Shown: positions 20,664 through 31,154 of the stretch, in pieces
Position numbering within the stretch: position 1 is the stretch's first letter
How the letters are laid out: each line of letters opens with the position of its first letter
NCBI GenBank assembly: GCA_963740315.1
Contig: CAVUDP010000002.1
Location: 2,816,001-2,880,000, forward strand
Direction: 5' to 3'
Source: an uncultured cyanobacterium
Lineage (GTDB): Bacteria > Cyanobacteriota > Cyanobacteriia > Cyanobacteriales > Nostocaceae
Length of the DNA stretch: 64,000 nt
Position numbers and translations under genes: made by a program
The notes under the pieces: model-generated
Seen by the model: only the letters and a program-made list of their open reading frames with translations
What the model was told of the DNA's origin: nothing
The model's database searches: none

Positions 20664-20790
20664 GTTAGGAGTTGGGAGTTAGGAGTACTTCGACAAGCTC
20701 AGTAACCTTTAGGAGTTAGGAATTAGGAGTTAGGAATTAGGAGTTAGGAATTAGGAGTTAGGAGTTAGGAATTAGGAGTTAGGAGTTATA
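20664..20790. repeat. STRR array (TTAGGAG/TTAGGAA) interrupted by a 27-bp module at 20684-20710
   Basis: Visible heptamer array containing the insert AGTACTTCGACAAGCTCAGTAACCTTT. Confidence 0.85.
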
Positions 20791-20849
20791 GAATTTTAGA
20801 TTTTAGATTAGGTATTACGAGTTAATTTCCCCATCCCCCCATCCCCCCC

Positions 20850-21121
20850 GCTCGCCGCACGCTCCGCGTGTTCAGCGCGGCACGACTCGTTAGAGTAACG
20901 GGTTGCGCCACTTCTCTCAACGGTCGTGTTCCTCCGCACGTTTTGGGCTTACCATCTCCCCATCCCCCCATCTCCCCATCCCCCCGCTCGCCGCACGCTC
21001 CGCGTGTTCAGCGCGGCACGACTCGTTAGAGTAACGGGTTGCGCCACTTCTCTCAACGGTCGTGTTCCTCCGCACGTTTTGGGCTTACCATCTCCCCATC
21101 CCCCCATCTCCCCATCCCCCC
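20850..21121. repeat. exact 136-bp tandem duplication of a composite of small dispersed repeats plus STRR
   Basis: 20850-20985 is identical to 20986-21121. Confidence 0.92.
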
Positions 21122-21202
21122 AAAGGTTACTGAGCAGTTCGACGTAGCTCACTGTAAGACTTGTCGAAGTACTCCCCCGAACCCCATCTCCCCATCTCCC
21201 CA

Positions 21203-21556
21203 TCAAGCGTTTTGCACTTCTTGCGTGAATGAATCATTAGCTTGTAGTAGTAATGGTTTTAAGGATTGAATTTCCGCTTGGTACTCTTCAATCTTGCATT
21301 CTAATTCTTCAATACGAGCATTTTTTTGACGAACCTTTGGACTTGACCATAATAATCTTTCTAAGTGAGTCCAAACGCTAAATAACCAAGCCAAAAGTAC
21401 ACCATTACCTAATGCTATAAGCAACTCAACTGAAATTGGTGCTTGTACTTCCATACCTGGAATTAGATGAATTGTTCCTAATTCCGTATTTTCGATGCTG
21501 AATAAAGCGAAAGCTAAACAAAAAATAAAAATTATCGCAAAATTTACTTGTCTCAT
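21203..21556 (-). CDS. LapA (DUF1049)-family membrane protein
   Basis: Two TM helices with F..EN...and a C-terminal coiled coil. Confidence 0.75.
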   Translation of the reverse strand: MRQVNFAIIFIFCLAFALFSIENTELGTIHLIPGMEVQAPISVELLIALGNGVLLAWLFSVWTHLERLLWSSPKVRQKNARIEELECKIEEYQAEIQSLKPLLLQANDSFTQEVQNA

Positions 21557-21723
21557 TGGATATCCAGTTAAGTAATCAATTGTGCCTATTTTTACTCAAT
21601 ATTTGCGATCGTTACCCGCCACGAATGGAAAGTATTAGCTGTGCAACTTTGATAAAAAAGCATTTTTAGCAATACAGTTGTTACACATTTACAAGCAATA
21701 GAGTATAAGAATAAAATTCACCA

Positions 21724-21768
21724 CGCCATTTGCTTCACTTGGGGAAACCTCAAGAGTGCAATGGCTCA
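21724..21768. repeat. small dispersed repeat (SDR5-like nested hairpin)
   Basis: GCCATT-TGC-TTCA-CTTGGGG-AAA-CCTCAAG-AGT-GCA-ATGGC folds into a branched hairpin in an AT-rich context. Confidence 0.55.
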
Positions 21769-22200
21769 AGAAAGTATATCACGATATTTTTATACCTTCC
21801 CATACTAAAAAAATAACATTTTAATTACGAACTTTAGACTGGATTAAGGTTAAAAAAACTACATCAATGTTAACTACATAACTTTTCTGCATTAGCATTC
21901 TTGTACCATGTATACTTCCTATTTGGTCAAACATATCCCTCTTTAGACTACTTATAATCAATTCCGATAACCAGTATTAAATACTACTAATTTTCAGATA
22001 ACGAACTTCCAAATTAAAAAATATCGAATTTAAAATCAAGATTGGTATACAGTACTTCTTATAAATTATTTTTTGGAAGTCCCCTAACCTAAAACTTTTG
22101 CAGTTCTGTTGGGAGACAAGGGGATAGGGAAATTAGGACTACCAGAGCAATAAATTCAAATCTATTAACTGGTAACTGGTAACTGGTAACTGGTAACTGT

Positions 22201-23268
22201 TCACTGTTCACTGTTCACTGTTATAGAATTTTCTTTTTTGAGTGCGTCAAAGGTGCCTTTGATAGTACCAGCGATGGGAATCGCGACTAAAGTTCCTAAT
22301 AATCCTGCAATCTCGAAGCCCATTAAAATAACAACAAAAATCCAGATGGGATTTAGTCCGGTGAAGTTTCCTAATAATTTTGGTGCTAACAGATTATCTT
22401 TAACTTGCTGCATCAAAATTGATAAGAATGCTACTTGAGTTGCTAACCACCAATCTTGTAGTAGCAGCAGTATGGTGACTAATCCAATACCTAAAGTCGC
22501 TCCAAGAAAGGGGATAAGTTGGGATATGCCGATGACTACAGCGAATAAAAAAGCAAACGGGATTCTAATAACTAAAAAAATTGGTGTCAGACTTGCCACC
22601 ATGAACAGTGCCAGTAAAAATTGGCTGAGAAAAAAGTAGTGGAAATTCAGCAGTAATGATTTATTCAAAGGAACTCGGATTTTTTCAGGCAAGAGATTTA
22701 GCAACCCATACCAGACGCGATCGCCATATAAAAGCATATAAAAGGCTAGCACTACAACTAAAACGGTATTGACTAACGTAGATACCAAAGTTCCCGCAAG
22801 CCCCACAGCACCAAGTGGTAATTCCTTGAGCAAGTTTTCAATACTGGCATTAGTTTGATTGGCTAATATCTTTAAGTTAATTAGCGGTAAGCGTCGTCTT
22901 TGAGCTATTGCTTCTAATTGATCTAGTTGGCTTTGAAAGCTGTTTAACCAATCGGGAATTTTATCGGTAAGCTGGATGGTTTGATTTATAACAAGCGGTA
23001 CGAGAGTAATACCAATAATAATCACAAGGGTTAAAGTCAGCAGCAAGACTAGAGCTACCGCCCATTCACGCGAAATACGAGCGCGTTCTAAAAATTTAAC
23101 CGGATAGTTGAGCAAAAAAGCGAGGATTGCTGCAATACTTAAAATGGTGAGTGGATGCCGAAAGTAATGAAAAAGTAAACTCAGCAGCCCAACGTTAAGG
23201 GCTATAATCGGGGCGCTCAAACCATATACTAATAAGTTTTTTAGGGAAGCCCAACGGCGCATCCGCAT
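22201..23268 (-). CDS. AI-2E (PerM/TqsA) family transporter
   Basis: Multiple TM helices, IPFLGATLG, DNLLAPKLLG...GLNP and G.LVAIPIAG. Confidence 0.9.
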   Translation of the reverse strand: MRMRRWASLKNLLVYGLSAPIIALNVGLLSLLFHYFRHPLTILSIAAILAFLLNYPVKFLERARISREWAVALVLLLTLTLVIIIGITLVPLVINQTIQLTDKIPDWLNSFQSQLDQLEAIAQRRRLPLINLKILANQTNASIENLLKELPLGAVGLAGTLVSTLVNTVLVVVLAFYMLLYGDRVWYGLLNLLPEKIRVPLNKSLLLNFHYFFLSQFLLALFMVASLTPIFLVIRIPFAFLFAVVIGISQLIPFLGATLGIGLVTILLLLQDWWLATQVAFLSILMQQVKDNLLAPKLLGNFTGLNPIWIFVVILMGFEIAGLLGTLVAIPIAGTIKGTFDALKKENSITVNSEQ

Positions 23269-23319
23269 AAATTTTCTTTATTTCTATTATTTATATAATT
23301 TCTCAATCAAACAATTGTA

Positions 23320-23961
23320 ATGGATAAAACTATAGCTGACCTTCGTCAAGATTATACTTTGCAGGGCTTAAGCGAAACCAAAGTTAATTCTAATCCTTTT
23401 GTACAATTTAAGGAATGGTTTGACCAAGCGTTGAGTGCTGATATTTTAGAACCAAATGCCATGACGGTGGCAACTACTACACCAGAGGGTAAACCATCAG
23501 CGAGAATGGTGCTGTTGAAAGATTTTGACGATCGCGGTTTTGTCTTTTATACCAACTACAACAGTCAAAAAGCACAAGAATTAGCGGAAAATCCCCAGGC
23601 TGCTTTGGTGTTTTGGTGGGCAGAATTGCAACGTCAAATTAGGATTAGCGGGCACGTGGAAAAAGTTGCCGATACCGAATCAGATAACTATTTTTACAGT
23701 CGTCCTTTTAACAGTCGTTTGGGTGCTTGGGCATCAAATCAAAGTGAAGTAATCGAAAATCGAGAAGTGCTTGAAAAACACTTAGAAGAATTAAAAGAAA
23801 AATATCAAGATCGAGAAGTACCCCGCCCTTCTCATTGGGGTGGAATTCGAGTTATACCAGCAGAAATTGAATTTTGGCAAGGGCGATCGAGCCGTCTTCA
23901 CGACCGTTTGATTTATACAAGAAATTATGATAGTTGGAAGATTGAGCGTTTGTCTCCTTAG
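23320..23961 (+). CDS. pdxH: pyridoxamine 5'-phosphate oxidase
   Basis: EPNAM, PSARMVLLK, FYTNYNS.K and EFWQGRSSRLHDR. Confidence 0.97.
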   Translation: MDKTIADLRQDYTLQGLSETKVNSNPFVQFKEWFDQALSADILEPNAMTVATTTPEGKPSARMVLLKDFDDRGFVFYTNYNSQKAQELAENPQAALVFWWAELQRQIRISGHVEKVADTESDNYFYSRPFNSRLGAWASNQSEVIENREVLEKHLEELKEKYQDREVPRPSHWGGIRVIPAEIEFWQGRSSRLHDRLIYTRNYDSWKIERLSP

Positions 23962-24327
23962 AAAAGTTCGTAGTAAGGACTTTAGTCCTTGGGTTTAGGA
24001 GTAAAGCATTAATTCGGTGGTTGAAACCGCTGCGACACAAGCGAAACCTATTTGTGTGGCTTAGTAATTTGCTTTCATCATCGCCTTGGAATCAATTGAT
24101 GCGGCTAATACACAAAGTCTACTTAAGTAGACTGAAAATCTTTCGGAATCGTCAAAAGAGCCACTTTCGCTATTAGCCTCTTAATTGTATTCCCTGAAGA
24201 ATATTAAGAATGGTGCAAGCGATAGAAATAAATATATCAAAGCTTTAAATTCCAGATATTTGTAGCAATAGAAACAATTGTTATACTTATCGCTTAATAG
24301 GCTTTTACTTTTAAAAAATTTTATTAC

Positions 24328-25260
24328 ATGAGTGAAGATACGATAGGCACGATTTTATTAGCAATTAATTTAATCGCTTTTGGTTATTTTTATATAGGTG
24401 GTTTTATAAAAATATCTGGAGAAAATTCAACTAAGCTCAACGTCACCTTTCGACCAAAGTTGAGTTTTTTTCTAGCAATGTTTACAATTAATTTTTTCTT
24501 TTTATTCTTATTAGGTGCTTTTAGTTTCGACCCAATTCACAAAATTACTTGCGAGCATCCTATACAAAATACTTTAAATACCAGCTTTGATTCTAATACA
24601 AAACAAAATTATATTCCAACAAACTGTAAAATCACGGGTATTGATTGGTTTAAGCATGAAAAGAATCCAAAGCTAATTTCAAACCTAGTTGAAGCAAAAG
24701 TAGAACAGAGAATTAAAATTGACGAGTACAAAAGAGAAAGTGTAAGCTATCGAATATTTTTACTAACTCAGAGTGAAAATATTCCTTTCGCAAGCTACGA
24801 ATATCTAGATTATAGAATAGATGACATAAGATTATTAGCATTATCGATTAATAATTTTTTAGTTAATCGCAAAGAAAAAGAATTAATACGTATTATAAAC
24901 GATAGATTTTTGGGCTATATAGTTTTTGGAATCAGTATATTCTTTGGATTAATAATTCTATTACTGACATTTACAGGCTTATTTATTAACTTTACCTTTG
25001 ATAAAGAAACAAATATTGTAACTGTAAGTAGCTACAGATGCTTCGGAATCTTTGGAAAAAAAGTTTATCAATATTCTTTTGATGAAATTATAGATATTAA
25101 ATATAACCGTATAGAATTAGATGAATCCGGATATGGCTATCAAGTATTTCTAGTAGTACCAGACGGTGAAATCAAATTGAATCCTATCGGAATGATTTCA
25201 GGATATATAGATGGTTATTATGTTGTAATGACTATAAAGAAATTTTTGGGACGACGGTAA
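24328..25260 (+). CDS. hypothetical membrane protein (very AT-rich)
   Basis: 310-aa ORF with three hydrophobic segments. Confidence 0.65.
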   Translation: MSEDTIGTILLAINLIAFGYFYIGGFIKISGENSTKLNVTFRPKLSFFLAMFTINFFFLFLLGAFSFDPIHKITCEHPIQNTLNTSFDSNTKQNYIPTNCKITGIDWFKHEKNPKLISNLVEAKVEQRIKIDEYKRESVSYRIFLLTQSENIPFASYEYLDYRIDDIRLLALSINNFLVNRKEKELIRIINDRFLGYIVFGISIFFGLIILLLTFTGLFINFTFDKETNIVTVSSYRCFGIFGKKVYQYSFDEIIDIKYNRIELDESGYGYQVFLVVPDGEIKLNPIGMISGYIDGYYVVMTIKKFLGRR

Positions 25261-25437
25261 TAAAAATCAATAATAAATCATAACCCGCGCACCATCCGGG
25301 TTTTCCCTGTGTAGCCGTGGTTTCAACCGCCAGGTAATTAATTCCCCACCCAAAATTAATTCCCTACCTAAAACCCACCCCCAAAACAAAGGACACGACA
25401 AACGCCGCGCCCTTAAAAATATCTGAGATCATAATTA

Positions 25438-25794
25438 TTACTTACTTTCTTCCTCATCATCCCAAGGAGGAATTTCACCTGTTGCTCTCGGTGAAAGATC
25501 GAATTTTTCTAACTCAGAAGGTATTTCTGCGGTAATTGTTGGAGGTTTAGATTTATCATCCTGTTGGGAATCATCGTCATCATCCCACGGTGGTATTCCT
25601 CCCACAATTTTCGGACGAGTAGAAATTTCGGTTGTAATTACCGTTATACGAGGCTTGCTTTCTGAAGTAATTTCATCGCAGCTTTGGTTTTCTACTTTAA
25701 TATCGGGTTCGCAAGGTTTATTTTCTTCTCCTTGAGGTTTGTTACTTAAAGTTTTAATTTTGATTGGGAATTTTTTGGTTTTTTTCTTCGACAT
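25438..25794 (-). CDS. small acidic hypothetical protein with two G[GE]IPPWDD motifs
   Basis: 118-aa ORF, AGGA upstream of the ATG, internal motif duplication. Confidence 0.65.
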   Translation of the reverse strand: MSKKKTKKFPIKIKTLSNKPQGEENKPCEPDIKVENQSCDEITSESKPRITVITTEISTRPKIVGGIPPWDDDDDSQQDDKSKPPTITAEIPSELEKFDLSPRATGEIPPWDDEEESK

Positions 25795-25852
25795 TGCGAT
25801 TCGTTCCTATATTTAATTAAATTAAGAATTAGAACAAAAATTAAATTAAAAA

Positions 25853-27487
25853 TTAAATCCAGTTCACTTCTTTAAGGATTTCTCCTGAATACTTTGCAAA
25901 TCTTTCCCCCATGATTTCAGGTAATTCAGGAACCTCATTTAATTTCTTCATCAGTACAAATTGCAAATCAGTAAACCTTTCACGAATAGCTTGGAAATCT
26001 GGATCTCTACTAGCCCATTCCCAAAGATTGCGATCGCGATCTCGGAGTAAAGCGTAAACTAAGTAGCGGCGAGCTTTTTGCTTTGTTTGTTCGTCGTAAT
26101 TATTTTGTGCGGTAAAGATTGCATACCAGGAAGCCAAGTTATATAAAAATCGAGAACTTATATCGGATTCTGCATTCCATTGTTTCTCTAATAGCTGTAT
26201 TTCTGTTTGCGCTTCTTTGACTTTAGTTTCATCTTTTGTTAGTAATTGCGCCATTGCTTTACCAACTTTAATTCTTCGTCTCACACTCTCATCTTCACAT
26301 CTGGCGAGTGCTTTTTCGTATTGCAAAATCGCTTGTCGCTGAAGATTAACTCTTCTATTTTCCTGAAATTCTCTTCCTTGAGTGCTGTAAGTATCGCCTA
26401 AGTTTTCATAAGGTTGATACCAGTTAGGATCGAATTCTATCGCTGCTTGCAAATCTTCAATTGCTAATTGGTAAAAAAAGCTGCCATGAGTTGGAGCGCT
26501 GGCATAATTAATTACACCGAAAAAATTATGTATTTGTGATTGATAGCGTTTACACCAATTACCTAAATAATACCAAGGTACGTGAGCTAACATTTCCTTT
26601 CTCGAAAGTTCCAGCGCTAACCATCGAGTCGCAGGTTTTAATAACAACCGAAAACGATCTTTTAGTTCCGGATATGTTTCAACCATCGGTAACTCAAATT
26701 CTTCATCAGTTGTTGTTTGAGCCGTTTTAGCTACTGTTTTAATCACCGTATCAGTTACTGTTTCCGTAGCTGTTTCTTCCCAAATAGTATAAAGCTTAGA
26801 AGCAACACGACCTTCAATATCGGTAATTTCAAAGGTTATTCCCAACTTACGAAATTCACCTTGGCTTTGTAAAATGCTAGTAACTTTCGTACCATAAGGC
26901 GGAAATACAATTTTGAGCAGACTTACGAAAGGGTCGATTTGATCCGGGGTAAATTCATTTAACGAAGCTACCAAGTTAGAAAGTCTTTCATCCGGAGTTG
27001 CTTGCGGTAGCGGTAACTTATCAGGAAGACGATAATTTCGCAGCCCACTACTATTAATATGTTGTTTGAGACGCTGGTGAACCCCCTTCATATCGCGCAC
27101 CAGTCTTTCACGTCCTAACTGACTCAAACCTGGTAAAACAAAATCCATTCCTTCCGCACCAGAAGCATTAGTAAAATTATCGATAAGTAGCTGAGATGTG
27201 CGAAGAGTAATCAGTAAGATAATTCTGTGGATAACAATAAGACTAAGTAAAATTATCAGCACTTTTGCCAGAAAGAAAACTATCCTGTTAAAGCTTTTAT
27301 CAACCATATCCAGGTTGTCCAACACCTCCTCAACGGGAGTGCCTGGGTTTTCTTTTTCTGATTCCAATGGTGCAGCAAGAATTATTGGTGTCTCAGTTCG
27401 CGTTGAATCAGATGTTGGTAATTGAGAACATCCCGAACCTAAGTTAATCGCTACAAAGGTGAATACTAATACAAGCCTTTTTTTCAC
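25853..27487 (-). CDS. membrane-anchored TPR-containing protein (possible lipoprotein)
   Basis: Lipobox-like LGSGC, one TM helix, TPR units (AIEFDPNWYQPYENLGDTY) and a terminal LYNLASWYA...RDPDF motif. Confidence 0.75.
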   Translation of the reverse strand: MKKRLVLVFTFVAINLGSGCSQLPTSDSTRTETPIILAAPLESEKENPGTPVEEVLDNLDMVDKSFNRIVFFLAKVLIILLSLIVIHRIILLITLRTSQLLIDNFTNASGAEGMDFVLPGLSQLGRERLVRDMKGVHQRLKQHINSSGLRNYRLPDKLPLPQATPDERLSNLVASLNEFTPDQIDPFVSLLKIVFPPYGTKVTSILQSQGEFRKLGITFEITDIEGRVASKLYTIWEETATETVTDTVIKTVAKTAQTTTDEEFELPMVETYPELKDRFRLLLKPATRWLALELSRKEMLAHVPWYYLGNWCKRYQSQIHNFFGVINYASAPTHGSFFYQLAIEDLQAAIEFDPNWYQPYENLGDTYSTQGREFQENRRVNLQRQAILQYEKALARCEDESVRRRIKVGKAMAQLLTKDETKVKEAQTEIQLLEKQWNAESDISSRFLYNLASWYAIFTAQNNYDEQTKQKARRYLVYALLRDRDRNLWEWASRDPDFQAIRERFTDLQFVLMKKLNEVPELPEIMGERFAKYSGEILKEVNWI

Positions 27488-27704
27488 AGCCGCTCATTCT
27501 AATGGTTTTGATAGCAGATACTACCCGCGTATCATAAATTACGTATTATTAACACTTATTTTTATAATTGGCAACAATTTTCAGTCAGTAGGTATCAGTA
27601 ATTAGTAGTCAAGCAAAGGTTCGTAGTAAGCGCTTCAGCGCCTCCGGATTTGGGGCTGAAGCCCTTACTACAAACCTATCAAAATTAATGAAAAGGAAAA
27701 CTGT

Positions 27705-28583
27705 TTACTGATTGCTGGTAACTGGAAACTGAATTCTAGGATCTGGCATAAAGCTGTATCTTAGGTAAATTCCGAGTAAAGTAAACAGCACAATTAGTAA
27801 AGTACCAATACCAACTGGACTGGGAAGCCAGAAAACAGCTTCAATATGATTTAGCTGTCCGGGTTTGATTTTCCATGAAAGTTGCTTATTGTTATCAAGC
27901 GGTTCGATCGCATCTTCGGTTTCTTGAATGCTGGATGCACCCCACGGAGTTTTCAAACTGAATTCTAAATCGATAATTGAATCAGCGTTAGTTAAAACGT
28001 TACCTTTACTGGAAATTAAAGCTAAAGAACGTAAGTCTAAATCATAAATTAACCGATTACGTACTAACAGTAAAAAATTGTTCTGTTTTAAACGCAAGTT
28101 CGATTCTATTTTTGGAAGTTCTGTTTCTGATTTTGCTTTTGCAGAGCCGGATTTTGGCTGATTTTTGGAATTAAAAAATTTGTTGTATTTTCTTTGTAAT
28201 TCCCGACCATTACTGAAGGGAATTGTCACAATTACTTCTTCTGAAGAAATTCGTTTTGCTTTTCCTTCTAATTCTTTAGCCCGTCTTTCGATGCTGTCTA
28301 ACCATTCGTAAACGGAATCGCCGCTAAAACTTGTAAGTTTTTCTCCTAATTTAATATGCTGTACGAAGTTTCCGTTATTGGCACTGTTTAAATTTACTCC
28401 TAAGTCATAGTCTACGCAACCAGAAAGCAACAACGATGCTAGTAACAAAAGGCATACAAGCCGTATTCTTTTAAAAAAGCTTTTGGCTAATCGCGTTGTT
28501 ATCGGTTTCGTATAATGATGGCTAAATCGTGACATAATTGCAAAATTAGATATACTTTCAGATTTTGTAATTGTTAGTGGCAC
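27705..28583 (-). CDS. DUF3153 family lipoprotein
   Basis: LLLSGCV.YD lipobox, F.L.TPWG, GQLNHIEAVFWLPSP.GIG and a C-terminal TM helix. Confidence 0.8.
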   Translation of the reverse strand: MPLTITKSESISNFAIMSRFSHHYTKPITTRLAKSFFKRIRLVCLLLLASLLLSGCVDYDLGVNLNSANNGNFVQHIKLGEKLTSFSGDSVYEWLDSIERRAKELEGKAKRISSEEVIVTIPFSNGRELQRKYNKFFNSKNQPKSGSAKAKSETELPKIESNLRLKQNNFLLLVRNRLIYDLDLRSLALISSKGNVLTNADSIIDLEFSLKTPWGASSIQETEDAIEPLDNNKQLSWKIKPGQLNHIEAVFWLPSPVGIGTLLIVLFTLLGIYLRYSFMPDPRIQFPVTSNQ

Positions 28584-28599
28584 TATGGTGACTATTTGT

Positions 28600-29118
28600 T
28601 TAAAAACTTAACCAAATTAAGCTAGCCAAAGTCATAGCAATTATTATTAACGCCAGCCAGATAAAGCGATTATCTTGAGTATTTACCTGACTTAGGTCAA
28701 TAATTTCCATTTCTTCTGTTTCTAATGGCGCTAGAGATTTTTTAGGAGTCGCAGCCAAACGAATTTTACTTTCATTATCAGATAAAGTTCCTAAATCTGG
28801 TATTTCAGTCATCCATTCTTTGGGACGTTCCAATTTAGGTGCTTTGAGAATATATTGCAATCGCTTGGCTTCTTTGCTGGTATCGGGATAAGGATGGTTT
28901 TTGAGTTGTTCGCAAACAGCGATCGCTTCAGTATTGCGCCCAGCGGCTTCGTAAGCTGTTGCTAACCAAATTTGCACCTCACCCCCAAGGCTCGTATTAC
29001 GCGCCAACAAAGCACAAGCTTTTTCCAATTCCTCAACTGCTTGGCTGTATTTCCCATTTTCAAAAGCAGCTTTTCCATTACGGTAACGCTGCGCGGCTGT
29101 TTCTATTTCTGAACTCAC
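28600..29118 (-). CDS. TPR protein with C-terminal membrane anchor
   Basis: Y..GK.AFE.G.Y, GGEVQIWL.TAYEAAG and APKL.RP.EW. Confidence 0.8.
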   Translation of the reverse strand: MSSEIETAAQRYRNGKAAFENGKYSQAVEELEKACALLARNTSLGGEVQIWLATAYEAAGRNTEAIAVCEQLKNHPYPDTSKEAKRLQYILKAPKLERPKEWMTEIPDLGTLSDNESKIRLAATPKKSLAPLETEEMEIIDLSQVNTQDNRFIWLALIIIAMTLASLIWLSF

Positions 29119-29272
29119 TTTTCAAATATAAATAACCACTAATTTTTATTTTGCCGTTTAAAGCCACATTTTGAGAATATTTTGTGAAGGTAGGTATTTT
29201 CTTGGAGAAAAACTATAAAATTTAAATTAGTTAGATTTACCTAACCCTCAATGGCTAGTTAGGACAAGTATT

Positions 29273-29674
29273 ATGTTTAAGCACGCTTTAGCGCAACCGT
29301 ATTTTTTGAGTTTGGGAATTGCTGCTGTTTTAGTAGGTGCTGTTACCGCGCCAGCCTCTGCTCAATCGGTAATAATTATCAATGGCAATACTCCTTATTA
29401 CGGAGGAAATCAAAATCCAACTGTAGGAAACTTTATATATGGTAGTCCCATTCCTACACCAGTACCCGTAAATCCCGCAACGGGACATACACCTACACCT
29501 CGTTATTTTTCCCAGCCTTATCCAAGCAGAAAATATAACTCTATTTTAGTAAATCCGGTTTTAGTTAATCCCAGAATTTACAAAGATTCCCGAAACCGGA
29601 GATATTATCGGAATTCCCGACAACGATATTATCGTCAACCAGCTTCGCGGATTATAATTAATTCTCCTTGGTAA
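29273..29674 (+). CDS. secreted Pro/Tyr/Arg-rich hypothetical protein
   Basis: Signal peptide ending PASA|Q; FIYGSPIPTP.PVNP. Confidence 0.7.
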   Translation: MFKHALAQPYFLSLGIAAVLVGAVTAPASAQSVIIINGNTPYYGGNQNPTVGNFIYGSPIPTPVPVNPATGHTPTPRYFSQPYPSRKYNSILVNPVLVNPRIYKDSRNRRYYRNSRQRYYRQPASRIIINSPW

Positions 29675-29695
29675 AGTTGGAAGAGTTAGTAGTTA

Positions 29696-29911
29696 GTAGG
29701 TTGGGTTAGGCAGACAATCAATATCGCGTATAAATGCAAAGGATTAAATTCTGCCGTAACCCAACATAATATTTACCAACAGGACTTCACATATTTAGAT
29801 AGCAACAAAAAATATTATTATCTCCCTAAAATACTGATGTTGGGTTACGACACGATTAATATAAATTTTCCTTGAAAGTTGAAATTCCTAAACCTGTCTA
29901 ACCCAACCTAC
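29696..29911. repeat. REPIN-like paired REP element
   Basis: GTAGGTTGGGTTAG...CGTAACCCAACA followed by TGTTGGGTTACG...CTAACCCAACCTAC. A degenerate copy is at 30911-31132. Confidence 0.8.
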
Positions 29912-29924
29912 AACTAGCAACACT

Positions 29925-30824
29925 TCAGGCAAATTGAGAACCAAGAATCATTGTGCCGATACCACCATCGGTAAATATTTCTAGTAAAAGAGCGTGGGGA
30001 ATGCGACCATCAATAATATGTGCGGCTCGTACTCCCTGAGCAAGGGAACGCACGCAACAGGTGACTTTGGGTATCATACCTCCGGCAACTATACCCTTTG
30101 AAATCAATTCGCGAGCTTCTTTAATGTCTACTTTTGCAATTAAGGTAGAAGGATCTTGATAATTTTCTAAGATACCTCGCGTATCGGTAAGCAAAATCAA
30201 CTTTTCTGCACCTAATGCAGCAGCTAGTTCACCAGCTACGGTATCGGCATTAATATTATAAGCTTGTCCCGTATCGTCGGCAGCGACGCTAGATACTACA
30301 GGAATATAGCCATTTTCTACCAAAGTTCCTAAAATTTCGGTATTTACAGAGCTAACTTCTCCCACAAAGCCCATATCATTTTGACCTTGCTGACGAGCTT
30401 TAATTAAGTTACCATCCTTACCGCATAAACCCACCGCTTTTCCACCAGCTTGATTTATTTTGGCAACTATTTCTTTATTAACTCTACCAACCAACACCAT
30501 TTCTACCACATCCATCGTCGGAGCATCGGTAACTCGCAAACCATCTTTAAACTGCGGTTCAATCCCGATTTTACCAAGCCAAGTATTGATTTCCGGTCCG
30601 CCGCCATGTACTAAAATTGGTCGCAAGCCTACACAGGATAAAAAAACAACATCGCGGATAACTTTATCTTTAAGATTGCTATCCTTCATTGCTGCACCAC
30701 CGTATTTTACTACCACGGTTCTACCTGCAAATTGTTGTATGTAAGGTAGCGCTTCACTTAAAACTTTTACCCTACTAGCTGCATCCTGGTGAATATATTC
30801 AGTATCGTTAACCATCATAAGCAA
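29925..30824 (-). CDS. argB: acetylglutamate kinase
   Basis: [23 protein letters not shown] and GGMIPKV. Confidence 0.98.
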   Translation of the reverse strand: MLMMVNDTEYIHQDAASRVKVLSEALPYIQQFAGRTVVVKYGGAAMKDSNLKDKVIRDVVFLSCVGLRPILVHGGGPEINTWLGKIGIEPQFKDGLRVTDAPTMDVVEMVLVGRVNKEIVAKINQAGGKAVGLCGKDGNLIKARQQGQNDMGFVGEVSSVNTEILGTLVENGYIPVVSSVAADDTGQAYNINADTVAGELAAALGAEKLILLTDTRGILENYQDPSTLIAKVDIKEARELISKGIVAGGMIPKVTCCVRSLAQGVRAAHIIDGRIPHALLLEIFTDGGIGTMILGSQFA

Positions 30825-31154
30825 CGTTTCATTGTTAAATCCGAATCATGATAGTTTAGAAGAGTTTGGTGTTGCGATACAATAGCTGCTGATATTTTCA
30901 GTAAAGATTTGTAGGTTGGATTTTGATCTGGTTCCCAGGTTCAACCTGGGAACTAAGTTTTGGAGGCTCTGCCTCCAGCTATTTATAAAGGTGCAAGGTA
31001 TTAGAACCCAACATCACTATTATTTTTGCCTTTCTCTTAAATATAAAAAAAATACAGACGATACAATGTTGAGTTACGGCGATCGCGATTGATTATTTGT
31101 CAAAAAAATTGATGCACCCTAAAGCCAACCTATATTTTCCCTACTCCCTACTCC

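Noticed and set aside
20850..21121. Possible CRISPR array
   Set aside because: Only two identical 136-bp units with no unique spacers and no cas genes; it is a tandem duplication.
20926..21269. ORFs 20926..21147, 20949..21206 and 21039..21269
   Set aside because: They are translations of STRR/SDR repeats (PHPP/GDG patterns) and are not credible genes.
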